From: an uncultured Nitrospiraceae bacterium
GTDB lineage: Bacteria; Nitrospirota; Thermodesulfovibrionia; Thermodesulfovibrionales; UBA6898
Length of the DNA stretch: 64,000 bases
Assembly: GCA_963811165.1 (NCBI GenBank)
Contig: CAWEQH010000004.1
Location: 224,001 to 288,000, forward strand
Direction: 5' to 3'
Shown here: one piece after another, positions 30,332-40,141 of the stretch
How positions within the stretch are numbered: the stretch's first letter is position 1
Layout of the letters: the number at the start of each line of letters is the position of its first letter
Position numbers and translations under genes: made by a program
Notes under the pieces: model-generated
What the model saw: the letters and a program-made list of their open reading frames with translations, nothing else
Told to the model about the DNA's origin: nothing
Databases searched by the model: none

Positions 30332-31142
30332 ATGGAGTCGACGATAAAAGATAGTACCTTCCTGTCCTTCTTTCATTTTCTCGGCAAAAGGACAATGAAC
30401 ATAATCAACAATCTCGGTGGCATTGCCATCTTCTTGACCCTTGCCTTTCTGAAGATATTCCGGCCTAAACAGCTTCGGGAGATTATTCAGCAGGTCTATT
30501 ACATCGGCGCCAGGTCATCGACTATCGTGCTGCTCGTCGGCCTCTTCACCGGGATGGTCCTTGGCCTGCAACTCTACTATACCCTGGTAAAATTCGGATC
30601 TCAGGGGGTCTTGGGCTCTGTCGTGGCCTTCACGCTCATCAGGGAACTGGGGCCTGTCCTGACCGCTATCATGATAACCGCACGGGCGGGTTCTGCAATG
30701 ACAGCCGAAATCGGCATCCTTCGTATCTCCGAGCAGATCGACGCCCTTTATACAATGCGGATCGACCCTCAGCGGTATCTTATCAGTCCTCGTATCGCAG
30801 CCTCGATCATCAGCTTTCCCACTGCTGACAGCCTTCTTCGATCTGATCGGGATACTCGGAGGATATCTCACCGGCGTGGTCCTCCTCGGGGTAGATAAAG
30901 GCGCCTACTTTTATCGCATCCATTCCTATGTGGAGCTGGTCGACATCAGGGGCGGGTTTATCAAGTCACTCGTCTTTGCCGTGCTCGTCTCGACGATCTG
31001 CTGCTATGAGGGATATTTTACCCACCTCCGTACCGACAGCTACGGCTCAAAGAGCGTCAGCCTCTCGACCACCTCGGCAGTCGTATTATCCTGTGTCATG
31101 ATCCTGATCTCGGACTACGTCGTTACCTCTTTTCTTATGTAA
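30332..31142 (+). CDS. mlaE: MlaE lipid-asymmetry ABC permease (frameshift at ~30818-30820)
   Basis: RELGPVLTAI..ARAGSAMTAEIG..EQIDAL..PR, continuing in another frame to TTSAVV...DY. One extra C in CCC. Confidence 0.85.
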
Positions 31143-31149
31143 GGCCACT

Positions 31150-32401
31150 ATGGAAACGCCATTGATAGAATTCAGAGATGTCACCAAGCGCTTTGACGAA
31201 AAGACCATTCTCGACAAGGCGAATCTCTTGATTTATGAAAACCAGATTACTACGATCATCGGAAAAAGCGGCAGCGGCAAAAGCGTGCTTCTCAAACATA
31301 TCATCGGCCTCCTCTCTCCTGATGAAGGCAGCATACTCTTCAGGGGGAAGCCCGTCCATGACATGAAGAAAAAGGAATGGGAAGGATACAGAAGCAAGAT
31401 CAGCTACATGTTCCAGAATAATGCCCTCTTTGATTCCATGTCGGTTTTTGAAAACATAGCCCTCCCGCTCAGGCAGACAACGCACCTCAGTAAAAAAGGA
31501 GATCGAACAGAAGGTGATGTCACGACTCGAACAGATGGAACTCACCGATGTTGTCAAACAGTACCCGTCAGAACTCTCAGGGGGGATGCAGAAGCGGGTG
31601 GCCCTGGCCCGGTCCCTCGTAACAGACCCGGCCATCGTGCTCTTTGACGAGCCGACGACCGGCCAGGACCCTATCAGGAAAAACATCATCCTGAGCATGA
31701 TCGCCCATTACAGGAAACAGTTCGGATTTACCGCCATTCTTATCAGCCATGATATCCCCGATGTCTTTTTCATCTCTGACCGGATACTTCTCCTTTGGGA
31801 AGGGAAAATAGCTTTTAACGGGACCTATGAGGAGTTGACGAGATTTAAGCATCCCATGATCGACGAATTTCTCAGGAGCATTGAGGGCCTCCGTGACGAG
31901 CTCACCGGGCTTCTCTCAAAGGAGATATTTAGATCCAGGTATGACATGACACTGGGCGGAGGGCATGTCGACACTACAATCACGGCAGTGCTCTTCGGCG
32001 TCAGCGTTGACCAGATTACTGTTACGCTCGGGGCTCAAGCTGCCATAGAAGTCCTCAAGACGCTCGGTGAGCATGTCAATGAACATTTCGGTCCACTGGG
32101 GGGATTCTCATCCCGCCACAGAAGAGGCGAGATCCTTACGATACTGCCGCGGGTTAGCCTTGACGAAGCCGGGCAGTTAGTGCATGATTTTGCCCAGAGA
32201 CTCCAGCAAAAGGCCCTTCCCGGGATCCAGGCACTTACCAGGGTAAAGACGGGACCCAAAGAAGGTTTCGAAATATTTGTGACTGCAGGGATGACTGAGG
32301 GCAGTTCCTCTGACGACATTGATCAGATCATAGAAAAGGCTGAAGCGAATCAGAAGATAATCGCACGATACCAGTGGGATAAGGAGGGTGCTTCGAAATG
32401 A
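31150..32401 (+). CDS. mlaF: MlaF ABC ATPase with C-terminal degenerate GGDEF-like extension (frameshift in A6 at 31492-31497)
   Basis: GKSGSGKS and FQNNALFDSM in the first frame. PSELSGGMQKR, DEPTTGQDP, SHD in the second frame. Confidence 0.85.
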
Positions 32402-32871
32402 AAAAATACTCGCTCGAAACGGTTGTCGGCATTTTTGTAGTCATCGGCCTCCTCTGCGTGGCATACATGACGGTGAAACTCGGCAAGGTCTCCCTGTTCG
32501 GGGACAACTACTATTCACTCTATGCGCGCTTCGGTTCAGTATCAGGATTACGGGAGGGCAGCCCTATCGAGATTGACGGCATCGAGGTCGGGCGGGTGGC
32601 ACGACTGACCTTGGACCAGGAAAAACAGTTGCCATTGGTTGCATTGAAAATCCGGAAAGGCGTCAGGGTTTATGACGACGCCTCCGCGGCGATCAAAACC
32701 GCCGGTCTCATCGGCGACAAGTTCGTCAAGATCGACCCGGGAGGTGGTGGTGAAGTCCTCAAGCCTGGAGGGACGATCACCGAGACTACCTCCGCCACTG
32801 ATATAGAGGAACTTATCAGTAAATATGCGTTTGGAGACATCAAAAAGGACGATAAGAAGGAGACAAAATGA
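32398..32871 (+). CDS. mlaD: MlaD (MCE domain) protein
   Basis: ETVVGIFV, F.SVSGL..GS....GIEVGRV, IKTAGLIGDKFV.IDPGG. Confidence 0.93.
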   Translation: MKKYSLETVVGIFVVIGLLCVAYMTVKLGKVSLFGDNYYSLYARFGSVSGLREGSPIEIDGIEVGRVARLTLDQEKQLPLVALKIRKGVRVYDDASAAIKTAGLIGDKFVKIDPGGGGEVLKPGGTITETTSATDIEELISKYAFGDIKKDDKKETK

Positions 32872-32888
32872 GCTTTAAGGAAGAAGTC

Positions 32889-33483
32889 ATGAAGAAATAT
32901 CTTATAGACGTGATCCTTATTGTTTGCCTGCTTTGTCCGGTCCCGGCCCTTGCAGGCGTGCCGCTTGATACGGTAAAGGGCTATGCCGACAAAGTGCTTG
33001 ACGTACTTCGGGACCCAGCCCTCAAGGCCTGAAGCTGCAAAGAAGACCAAAAAGGAAAAACTCCGGGCCATTTCAGAGAAGATGTTTGACTTTACCGAAC
33101 TCTCCAGGAGGACCCTGGCCAATAACTGGAAAAAGCTCAGTCCGGAGCAACAGAAGGAGTTTGTCGAGCTCTATACTTCTCTCCTCGAGGATGCCTATTC
33201 CAAAAAGATCATGGCGTACAGTGATGAGAAGATCACCTTCACCAAAGAGGTTCCCCTCAGTGAAAAGACGGTTGAGGTCCAGAGTACGGTTTTGAAAAAA
33301 GGTGCTGAAACCCCGATATACTACAGAGTGATGCTGCAGGATGGAGCGTGGAGGGTCTACGATGTTGTTGTCGAAGGGGTAAGCCTCATCAATAACTACC
33401 GCTCTCAATTTAGAGAAATACTCGCAAACAAACCGCCGGAGTCATTACTCGAAACCCTGAGGAAAAAGGTGGGCAAAGCCTGA
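32889..33483 (+). CDS. mlaC: MlaC phospholipid-binding protein (frameshift at ~33026)
   Basis: Signal peptide MKKYLIDV... in one frame, then FDFTELSRRTL..W, W.VYDVVVEGVSL..NYRSQF in the next. Confidence 0.85.
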
Positions 33484-33518
33484 GCCCTGCGTAAAGAAAC
33501 CGCAAAAGAAGAAAATCC

Positions 33519-34423
33519 GTGAAGCTCATACGTGCTTTCATACTGATCTCTGTTCTTGTGCTCTGTCCGGTCCCTCTCTGTGCAGCTACTTCTTCAACGG
33601 TCCCGGATGTGGAGCACTCTCATGAACCGTCGCATATCTTGCGCGAATCACTTATCGATAAATACCATAAGGTCGAAAAAGAATTGGGGGAAAGTCCTTC
33701 CGCTATTCCTTTCTTCATAGAATCGGCGGTGAGCAAAAATGCCTCCCATGTCGATATTTACGGCACTGTTAAGTATCCTTTCGATATTGTGAAGGATGAG
33801 CTTCTGGTTCCGACTAACTGGTGTGATATTTTTTTGCCTCATATTAAGGTAGGAGCATGTACGTATAAGAAGGTGAATGATACATGGCTGCTCAATATCT
33901 ATAACGTCAACAAATTCTCCGAACCTATCGAGGATGCATATCAAATGAAATTCGAGTACCGCGTCAGTGAGCTGCAGGCGAGGTATTTTGATGTTTCACT
34001 CACTGCACATGAGGGCCCCTTTCATACAAAGGACCACCAGGTCGGAAAGGCACGACATTTATTCATTTACAGTATTCTTTTCGTTACAGTTCTTTCGCAT
34101 ATTTGCTTATGAAACTATTCGGCGGCAGCAAGGTCGGTTTCAGTGTTACCGGGACAGATAGCAGCGGCAACCCTGTTTATGTGGAAGGTTTAAGGGGTTC
34201 AGTTGAGCGTGATGTTGCATGTTATTATCTTGCAGTTCTGGCATACCTGGACACGCTCAAGATTCCTGCTGAGCAACGCTTTGAGAAACGAATCAGTTAC
34301 TGGTATGATTTGGCGGCCCGTTTCAAAAAACAGCTGCTCGAAATGGAAAAGGAAGAATATCTCATCCAGAAGAGAAAGGACCGGGAAAGTCAACAAAAAC
34401 TTCAGGAAACTTTGGGCAAATAG
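33519..34423 (+). pseudogene. Secreted hypothetical protein, disrupted at ~34040 (paralogue of 37473-38403)
   Basis: Shares HVDxYG..YPF, P.NWCDI, ACTY, EGPF.TKDH, KVGF.VTGTD..GNPVY..G.RG..ER. About 8 codons missing plus a frameshift after KDHQ. Confidence 0.7.
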
Positions 34424-34480
34424 AGATATCCTGTTGAACGCGACGGCCGGCGTGGATACTCCTTCCCTTCTTTTGTGCCT

Positions 34481-34777
34481 TTATTCTTTATAGACCCTTT
34501 TCTCAACGTGGGCCTCTTCTTCAGGGGTCGAATCCGACAAGGTTTCACGTACTACTTCAACAGGATTTTTCCCCTCTTCTTTCATGCTGCTCAGGAAAAG
34601 TTCTATCTCCTTTTCAGCTTGTTCCCTCGTGTATCCGTATCTCGCCTGAAGCAGGCCCGGCAGCTGGTCCAGTTTTCCATCGACCGTATCTAGGTCTTTG
34701 TCAGTGAGAACTCCCCATCGCTGTCTTACTGCATCTTTTAATTGTTTCAACTTGTCTTGCATCATGTCTTTACTCAT
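34481..34777 (-). CDS. CsbD/YjbJ-family stress protein
   Basis: KQLK..VRQRWG.LTD.DL..VDGK.DQL.GLLQ.RYGYTREQAEKE. Confidence 0.88.
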   Translation of the reverse strand: MSKDMMQDKLKQLKDAVRQRWGVLTDKDLDTVDGKLDQLPGLLQARYGYTREQAEKEIELFLSSMKEEGKNPVEVVRETLSDSTPEEEAHVEKRVYKE

Positions 34778-34832
34778 CTCGTCTCTCCCCCTTTATAGAA
34801 ATTCATAGTGATTTCCCATGCTCTGAATCTCT

Positions 34833-34985
34833 TCAGATCCTCCCAAGCAGCAGCAGGATGAGCAGAATCAGAAGTATCAATCCGAGTCCGCCGCTGGGAT
34901 AGTACCCCCAGTTCCTGCTGTGGGGCCATGTGGGAAGCACTCCGACCAACATGAGGACCAGGATGACAATCAGTATAGTTCCCAT
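34833..34985 (-). CDS. DUF3309-family small membrane protein (50 aa, not in ORF track)
   Basis: MGTILIVILVLMLVGVLPTWPHSRNWGYYPSGGLGLILLILLILLLLGRI. Confidence 0.9.
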   Translation of the reverse strand: MGTILIVILVLMLVGVLPTWPHSRNWGYYPSGGLGLILLILLILLLLGRI

Positions 34986-35014
34986 GACTTTTCTCCTTTC
35001 CTGTCTTAACTTTA

Positions 35015-35194
35015 CTAACTCCCCAGAACCTTCTTGACCTGGCCGATCTTTTCCTGAGCTTTGCCGGCTATATTTTCTACTTTGCCTTTGGCCTGCAACT
35101 TGGGATTATCGGTGATTTTCCCGGCCATTTCCTTGACCTTACCCTTTGCTTCGTGAAACGTGCCTTTCACTTTGTCCTTCGTGCTGGATTTCAT
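35015..35194 (-). CDS. CsbD-family protein (59 aa, not in ORF track)
   Basis: MKSSTKDKVKGTFHEAKGKVKEMAGKITDNPKLQAKGKVENIAGKAQEKIGQVKKVLGS. Confidence 0.9.
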   Translation of the reverse strand: MKSSTKDKVKGTFHEAKGKVKEMAGKITDNPKLQAKGKVENIAGKAQEKIGQVKKVLGS

Positions 35195-35244
35195 GGTATT
35201 CCTCCTTTAGGATTTCAATTTGAGGGCTGGTACTTTATGGGTGG

Positions 35245-35328
35245 CTAATGGCGCCGCCCCCTCCAGTAGAATCCACCACCGCCGAAGATCAAAAACAAAA
35301 CAAGTATTATAAGGATGGTTTCCATCAT
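35245..35328 (-). CDS. 27-aa single-TM microprotein
   Basis: MMETILIILVLFLIFGGGGFYWRGRRH, with AGGAGA RBS, directly after sigma54 promoter 4. Confidence 0.7.
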   Translation of the reverse strand: MMETILIILVLFLIFGGGGFYWRGRRH

Positions 35329-35373
35329 GACTTTCTCCTTTCTCTTTGAACTGTTACTACATAACTGTATAAC

Positions 35374-35390
35374 AGCATACCTTGTGCCAA
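35374..35390 (-). promoter_or_regulatory. sigma54 -24/-12 promoter, copy 4
   Basis: Minus strand TTGGCACAAGGTATGCT. Confidence 0.82.
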
Positions 35391-35489
35391 GACCTGTGTT
35401 GAAAGAAAGGATTCTCTAAGACTTTGAATACATTGGAACTTCAGCGAATGCTACTATGGGGGGAGTGATACTTTGAAAAGTGCCGTCTT

Positions 35490-35520
35490 CTGATATATCA
35501 GGAGACTCCTGATATATCAG
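35490..35520. promoter_or_regulatory. 31-bp double palindrome (putative enhancer/UAS), copy 4
   Basis: Identical to copies 1 and 2, 102 bp from the -24 GG. Confidence 0.8.
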
Positions 35521-35785
35521 GCAAGCACCATAAAGATTAGCACGCCCCACTCGTTAAGCGTGAGGACAGACGTGGCGGAGACGGGCTGGTTGACAGTCAA
35601 GGTCGAGCTGGTCGAGGCTGAGTTGATACCTTGGTCTGTCTCTGTAGGGAGCCGACTGAGCGCCAGTCGTTTGACGTGTATACCCCTTTGTGATATCTTG
35701 AAATCAAGATTTGCAAATTGAATGGACGCTGCATTGCTCGGGGAGGACCGGAATTTTTGTGGCCGGACAGTATAGTATTCCTCTA

Positions 35786-37447
35786 ATGACTGCGAAGAAA
35801 AAAATAGTCCTTTTTGTCCTTGGCGGCGGGGTGGTAGCCCTTGTTCTGGCAGCGGTCGTTTTCGCCCTCACCTTCGACATAAATTCCTACAGGCCCCGCA
35901 TCGAGGCCGCCGCTTCTAAGGCGACCGGCCTGGAGGTCAGGGTCAATGGGAAGATGGGGCTCTCTTTCTTTCCCTTTGGCATATCGGCCAAGGATATTCA
36001 TGTTACCGGCATGGGAGGCGAAATCCTTTCCCTCGAAAACCTGAAGCTCGGGGCGGAGTTGATGCCCCTGCTCAGGAAGCAACTCAAAGTCACCGGTTGC
36101 GAAATAGTCAAGCCGGTTGTCACGATCGTCAAAGACGCGGATGGGAAATATAATTTCGAACGCACTGAAAAAAAATCCACTGAAGAGGTGGGCGGAGCAG
36201 CCTACAGGTTGAATAATTTCAAGGCGTCCAAAGGGGTAATAGTCTATCTCGACAAGAAGACGGGGGAAAAGACGGAGTTTAAGGATTTCAATCTGGCTAT
36301 CAAGGACCTTTCGATAGCAGGGGACGTCATAAAGAACACCTCGTTCACGGGAAACTTCGACTGCAAGGAGGTGCTGCAAAAGGACTTCAGAATCGAGAAC
36401 CTCAAGACGCCTGTGAAGGCGGTCAGGGGGACATACAATTTGGAACCTCTTGCCATCGGGGCCCTCGTCTACGTTGACAAGAAGGCGGGAGAAAAGACCG
36501 AGTTGAAAGAAATCAAGCTGGCGATCAAGGACCTTTCGGTAGTGGATACCTCGGGGGCCATTATAAGGAACATCTCATTCACGGGAAACATGGACTGCAA
36601 GCAGTTACGGAAAGGGGACCTTAAGATCGACAGTATCAAGAGTCCTGTTAAAGTGGAGAAGGGAGTAATCTACTTTACGTCCCTGACCATGGACATCTTC
36701 GGCGCGAAGGCTGAAGGAGATGCCGTGGCGGACAAGTCGGAAGCCGATGCTCTGTATAAAATCAATCTGAAGGTATCGAAGCTGGACTTCGAAAAACTTC
36801 AGGAGTCCTTCGGCACAAAAAAGGTCATCGGCGGGAAGGGTGATCTCTATGCATCCCTGACGATGAAAGAAAAAGGAAGTCGTAATCTGATGAGCAGCAT
36901 GGACGGTACTCTTTCACTTCGGGGTGATAATCTCGTCATTTATACGATGGACCTCGACAAGGTCCTCTCATCATATGAGACAAGCCAGAAGTTCAATCTC
37001 GTCGACGTCGGCGCTTTCTTCATCGCAGGCCCTCTCAGTACGGTTGCGATCAAGGGGTATCGTTATGGGGACGTTTACAACCAGGTTCGCGGAGGGCGGG
37101 GCGCCATCGCACAGTTCATCTCCCACTGGAAGATCAGGGACGGCGTAGCAGACGCTTCGGACTGCGCCCTCGCGACGCACCATAATCGGGTCGCACTTAA
37201 AGGCAAACTCAACCTTGTCAGCGAGCGATATGATAATGTAATAGTGGCGCTTCTCAATGACAAGGGTTGCGCAAAATTCAAACAAGGCATCAGCGGTCCC
37301 TTCGGTAGTCCCAAGGTCGGCGCGGTAAGCGCGGTCGAGTCCCTTGCCGGCCCAATCTTCAATCTTTACAGGAAGGCAAAACGCTTTGTTCAAAGCGGCA
37401 AGTGCGAGGTCTTTTATAACGGCGCGGTACAGCAACCTCCAAAATAA
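35786..37447 (+). CDS. AsmA-family protein with internal duplication
   Basis: N-terminal TM, FDINSYRPRIEAAASKATGLEV.V.G...SFFP, L.PLL...L.V, DG.YNF. Confidence 0.85.
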   Translation: MTAKKKIVLFVLGGGVVALVLAAVVFALTFDINSYRPRIEAAASKATGLEVRVNGKMGLSFFPFGISAKDIHVTGMGGEILSLENLKLGAELMPLLRKQLKVTGCEIVKPVVTIVKDADGKYNFERTEKKSTEEVGGAAYRLNNFKASKGVIVYLDKKTGEKTEFKDFNLAIKDLSIAGDVIKNTSFTGNFDCKEVLQKDFRIENLKTPVKAVRGTYNLEPLAIGALVYVDKKAGEKTELKEIKLAIKDLSVVDTSGAIIRNISFTGNMDCKQLRKGDLKIDSIKSPVKVEKGVIYFTSLTMDIFGAKAEGDAVADKSEADALYKINLKVSKLDFEKLQESFGTKKVIGGKGDLYASLTMKEKGSRNLMSSMDGTLSLRGDNLVIYTMDLDKVLSSYETSQKFNLVDVGAFFIAGPLSTVAIKGYRYGDVYNQVRGGRGAIAQFISHWKIRDGVADASDCALATHHNRVALKGKLNLVSERYDNVIVALLNDKGCAKFKQGISGPFGSPKVGAVSAVESLAGPIFNLYRKAKRFVQSGKCEVFYNGAVQQPPK

Positions 37448-37472
37448 TTCTCTTCTTGGAGTGTCCGGGCAC

Positions 37473-38403
37473 TCACTTAAGAGCCAGTTGAATCCGCCGC
37501 TGGAGTATCACCTGGTTCATATGCTCCTTTGCCTTGAATGTGAGGTAGTCCTTCTTGTCCAGATCGAAGAGCTGTTTCCTGTAGCGGCTCGTAAGATCAT
37601 ACCACTTGATGGTCCTCATGCTGAAACGACTTTCTTCGGGATAGGGCAACGTATTCATAAAGGACTGGATCGCGAAATAGTACCGGACAGCGTTGCGCTC
37701 GATCGCGCCGCGGGGCCCGCCGATATAGACGGGATTGCCCTTTCTGTCTGTTCCGGTCACCGTGAACCCTACCTTCCCCCACCCGAGTGTCGCAAAATAG
37801 GCCTTTTCCGCGAGGCGAAGTGGAACACTGTCGCTGTATTCATAACTGACGTGGACAAAAGTCTTTCCCACATCAAGGGGCAGGGCCTCGAACCTCATCC
37901 TGTGGTCTTTCGTGCCGAAAGGGCCTTCATCTGCACTGAGAATGATATCCAGATACCCTTGCTGCTGATCAACATTCCGGTAATGGTAAATGACTTGACG
38001 CGCGTCTTCCGGAGGTTGATAGACTTTGCGGCCGATGTAAAAGGTCAGCAGCCATGCTCCCGGCAGTTCCCTGTAGGTGCATGCCTTGACATTAGGATGG
38101 AGGGATACAATATCGCACCAGTTTGCCGGAACCTTGAGCACGTTGACAACGCTGCTGAAGGGATAATCGAAGATCCCGTAGACATCCACATGCACTCTGT
38201 CATCTCGCTCAAAAGACTCCAGACAGAGAGGAAGGCCGAAGCTGTTTGTCTCCAACTTGGCCAAGTTCCTGTGATAGGTGTCGAGCAGGATGTCTTCGCC
38301 CTGCCGGGGCTTTTCAACAGCTGAAGCCGGAGCCGGCAGAAAAAAGAATCGCAGCTGCGACCATGAACAGGAAGAATTTCGGAAGGTTTCCGATCTTATG
38401 CAT
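37473..38403 (-). CDS. Secreted hypothetical protein (frameshift near 38335-38345 in the signal-peptide region)
   Basis: MHKIGNLPKFFLFMVAAAILF joins LPAPASAVEKPRQG... if one T is removed from the T6 run. Paralogue of 33519-34423. Confidence 0.72.
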
Positions 38404-38565
38404 CTGATTCATATATACAGTACTCAGGTTGATAGACTGAAGACTGTAAGTAACATAATGTCACAGTAAAAACTTTCAGAGCAATTTAATTTTGTGACTA
38501 AGTATTGCTTTATTGAATGACCTTCAGCCTTCAACCTAAACACCTGAGTAGTTACGTTCAATGTT

Positions 38566-39958
38566 TTACATCCATCGGGAAAATAGATGCGCAAACCACT
38601 CCCTGATCCTTGGGAACAAAGGCCTTTTCTTCCAATCTTCCCATTTAATCTGGTCGGACTCGGCAAGGTCCTTGGCAAACATCTTCTCCATTTCGACGGC
38701 AAACTCGTGACTCAGGATAACCGCATTCACCTCGTCATCGCTTAACAGGCTCCAGGAGTCCATGTTGGTTGAACCGACTGTCGACCAGACTTCGTCAATC
38801 ACCGCAGTTTTCGCATGCAGCAGGGCGTTGCGGCGTTCGTATATCTTCACCCCCGCTTTCAAAAGCTCGGAATAATTATACCGCTGTGCCTGCAGTGCCA
38901 GGTTAGAATCGGTGATTGCGGGAACAATAATCTTTACGTCAACGCCGCGTCTGGCGGCATCGGTGAAGGCATCCAGTATCTGGTCGTCGGGGATAAAATA
39001 GGCATTCGTCAGATGGATCGAATGCTCTGCAAAAGTGATGGCGGACACATAGACAATAAAAGTGATCCGGTTGTCCTGCCCGGGCGTGCTGCCGACCACC
39101 CGCACCAGGGCATTCCCCACTTCTTTCAGATCAGGGAAATAGTTCCGTCTCCGAAAGTTCCGGGCCCTTCTGCTTCTGCCAGGTATCAAGAAAGAGTTTT
39201 TGGAATTCAGCCACGGCAGGGCCTTCAATTTGAACGTCTGTGTCACGCCAGGGCAGTGGCGCCTTTTCATCCTTGTCCCTGCGGAAGGGCGTGCTCGAAT
39301 AGACCTTACTGATATTGATACCCCCGGTAATGGCAACTTTGCCGTCGATGATCAAAATCTTGCGGTGGTCCGGATGCGCAAGTAGCCATTTCCCGTGGGC
39401 CTTGAACGGATTTAGCGGATTGAATTCGACCACCTGAATTCCCCCGTCCCGCAAGCGCTGGAAAAAGGGGGCGGGTGTACTGAAACTGCCGATGCTGTCA
39501 AAAATGAGATTTACCTGGACACCCTCCGCCTGTTTTTGCAACAGCAGATCGGCAAATTTGCGGCCTGTTTCATCATCTTCGATGATAAAGGTTTCAAGGT
39601 TGATATGGTCTTTGGCATTCTGTATTGCTTTGAACATTGCGGCATAGGCAGCCTGACCATCAACGAGCAGAGTGACTTTGTTCCCCTTCGTCAGCGGGCT
39701 TTCGGTGACCGATTCTACCACGGCATTGTGGCGTTCCAGAATGTCCGTCGGGTCGACCGATCTCTTCAGCCGTTCCATGATAGCCTTGCTTTTTTGGGGA
39801 GATAACAGTCCTTTGGACGAAACGATTTGAGGAGGTTTCTGTTCAGCCGGCGCCTCATCAATCATTTCAGAGACGTTCGGCAAGGTCGCACATCCATTGC
39901 TGAGGCCCAGGATGGATGCGAGCAGAAAGAATAAAAAGAAAGGCTTGGCTCTTTTCAT
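38566..39958 (-). CDS. cls: Cardiolipin synthase / phospholipase D family (frameshift at ~39145-39152)
   Basis: Two HKD motifs (HRKILIID, HAKTAVID) in different frames. Lipoprotein-like N-terminus LSNGC. Confidence 0.88.
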
Positions 39959-40141
39959 GGTCTCTTCATTAACTTTAGCACGAACTTTAACACGAATTCA
40001 GAAATCTTCAAAGAGAGCCCATGTAGCATGTCTATGCGCATCATTATGCCGACGGTCACAAATGCATTACAGAGAGAGTCTACCTCTCCAATTATGGAGC
40101 GACATTATGTGACACAAAACTATTTTGTTATAATAGCTACT

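Noticed and set aside
21602..35520. 31-bp repeated palindrome as a CRISPR repeat, attC/recombination site or IS end
   Set aside because: Copies are kilobases apart with no spacer array, and there is no cas, integrase or transposase in the window. Fixed spacing to sigma54 motifs better fits an enhancer.
30818..39152. Programmed ribosomal frameshifting or phase variation
   Set aside because: Most sites are 2-3 nt runs, too short for phase variation, and these families are not known to be recoded. Error or decay is more likely.
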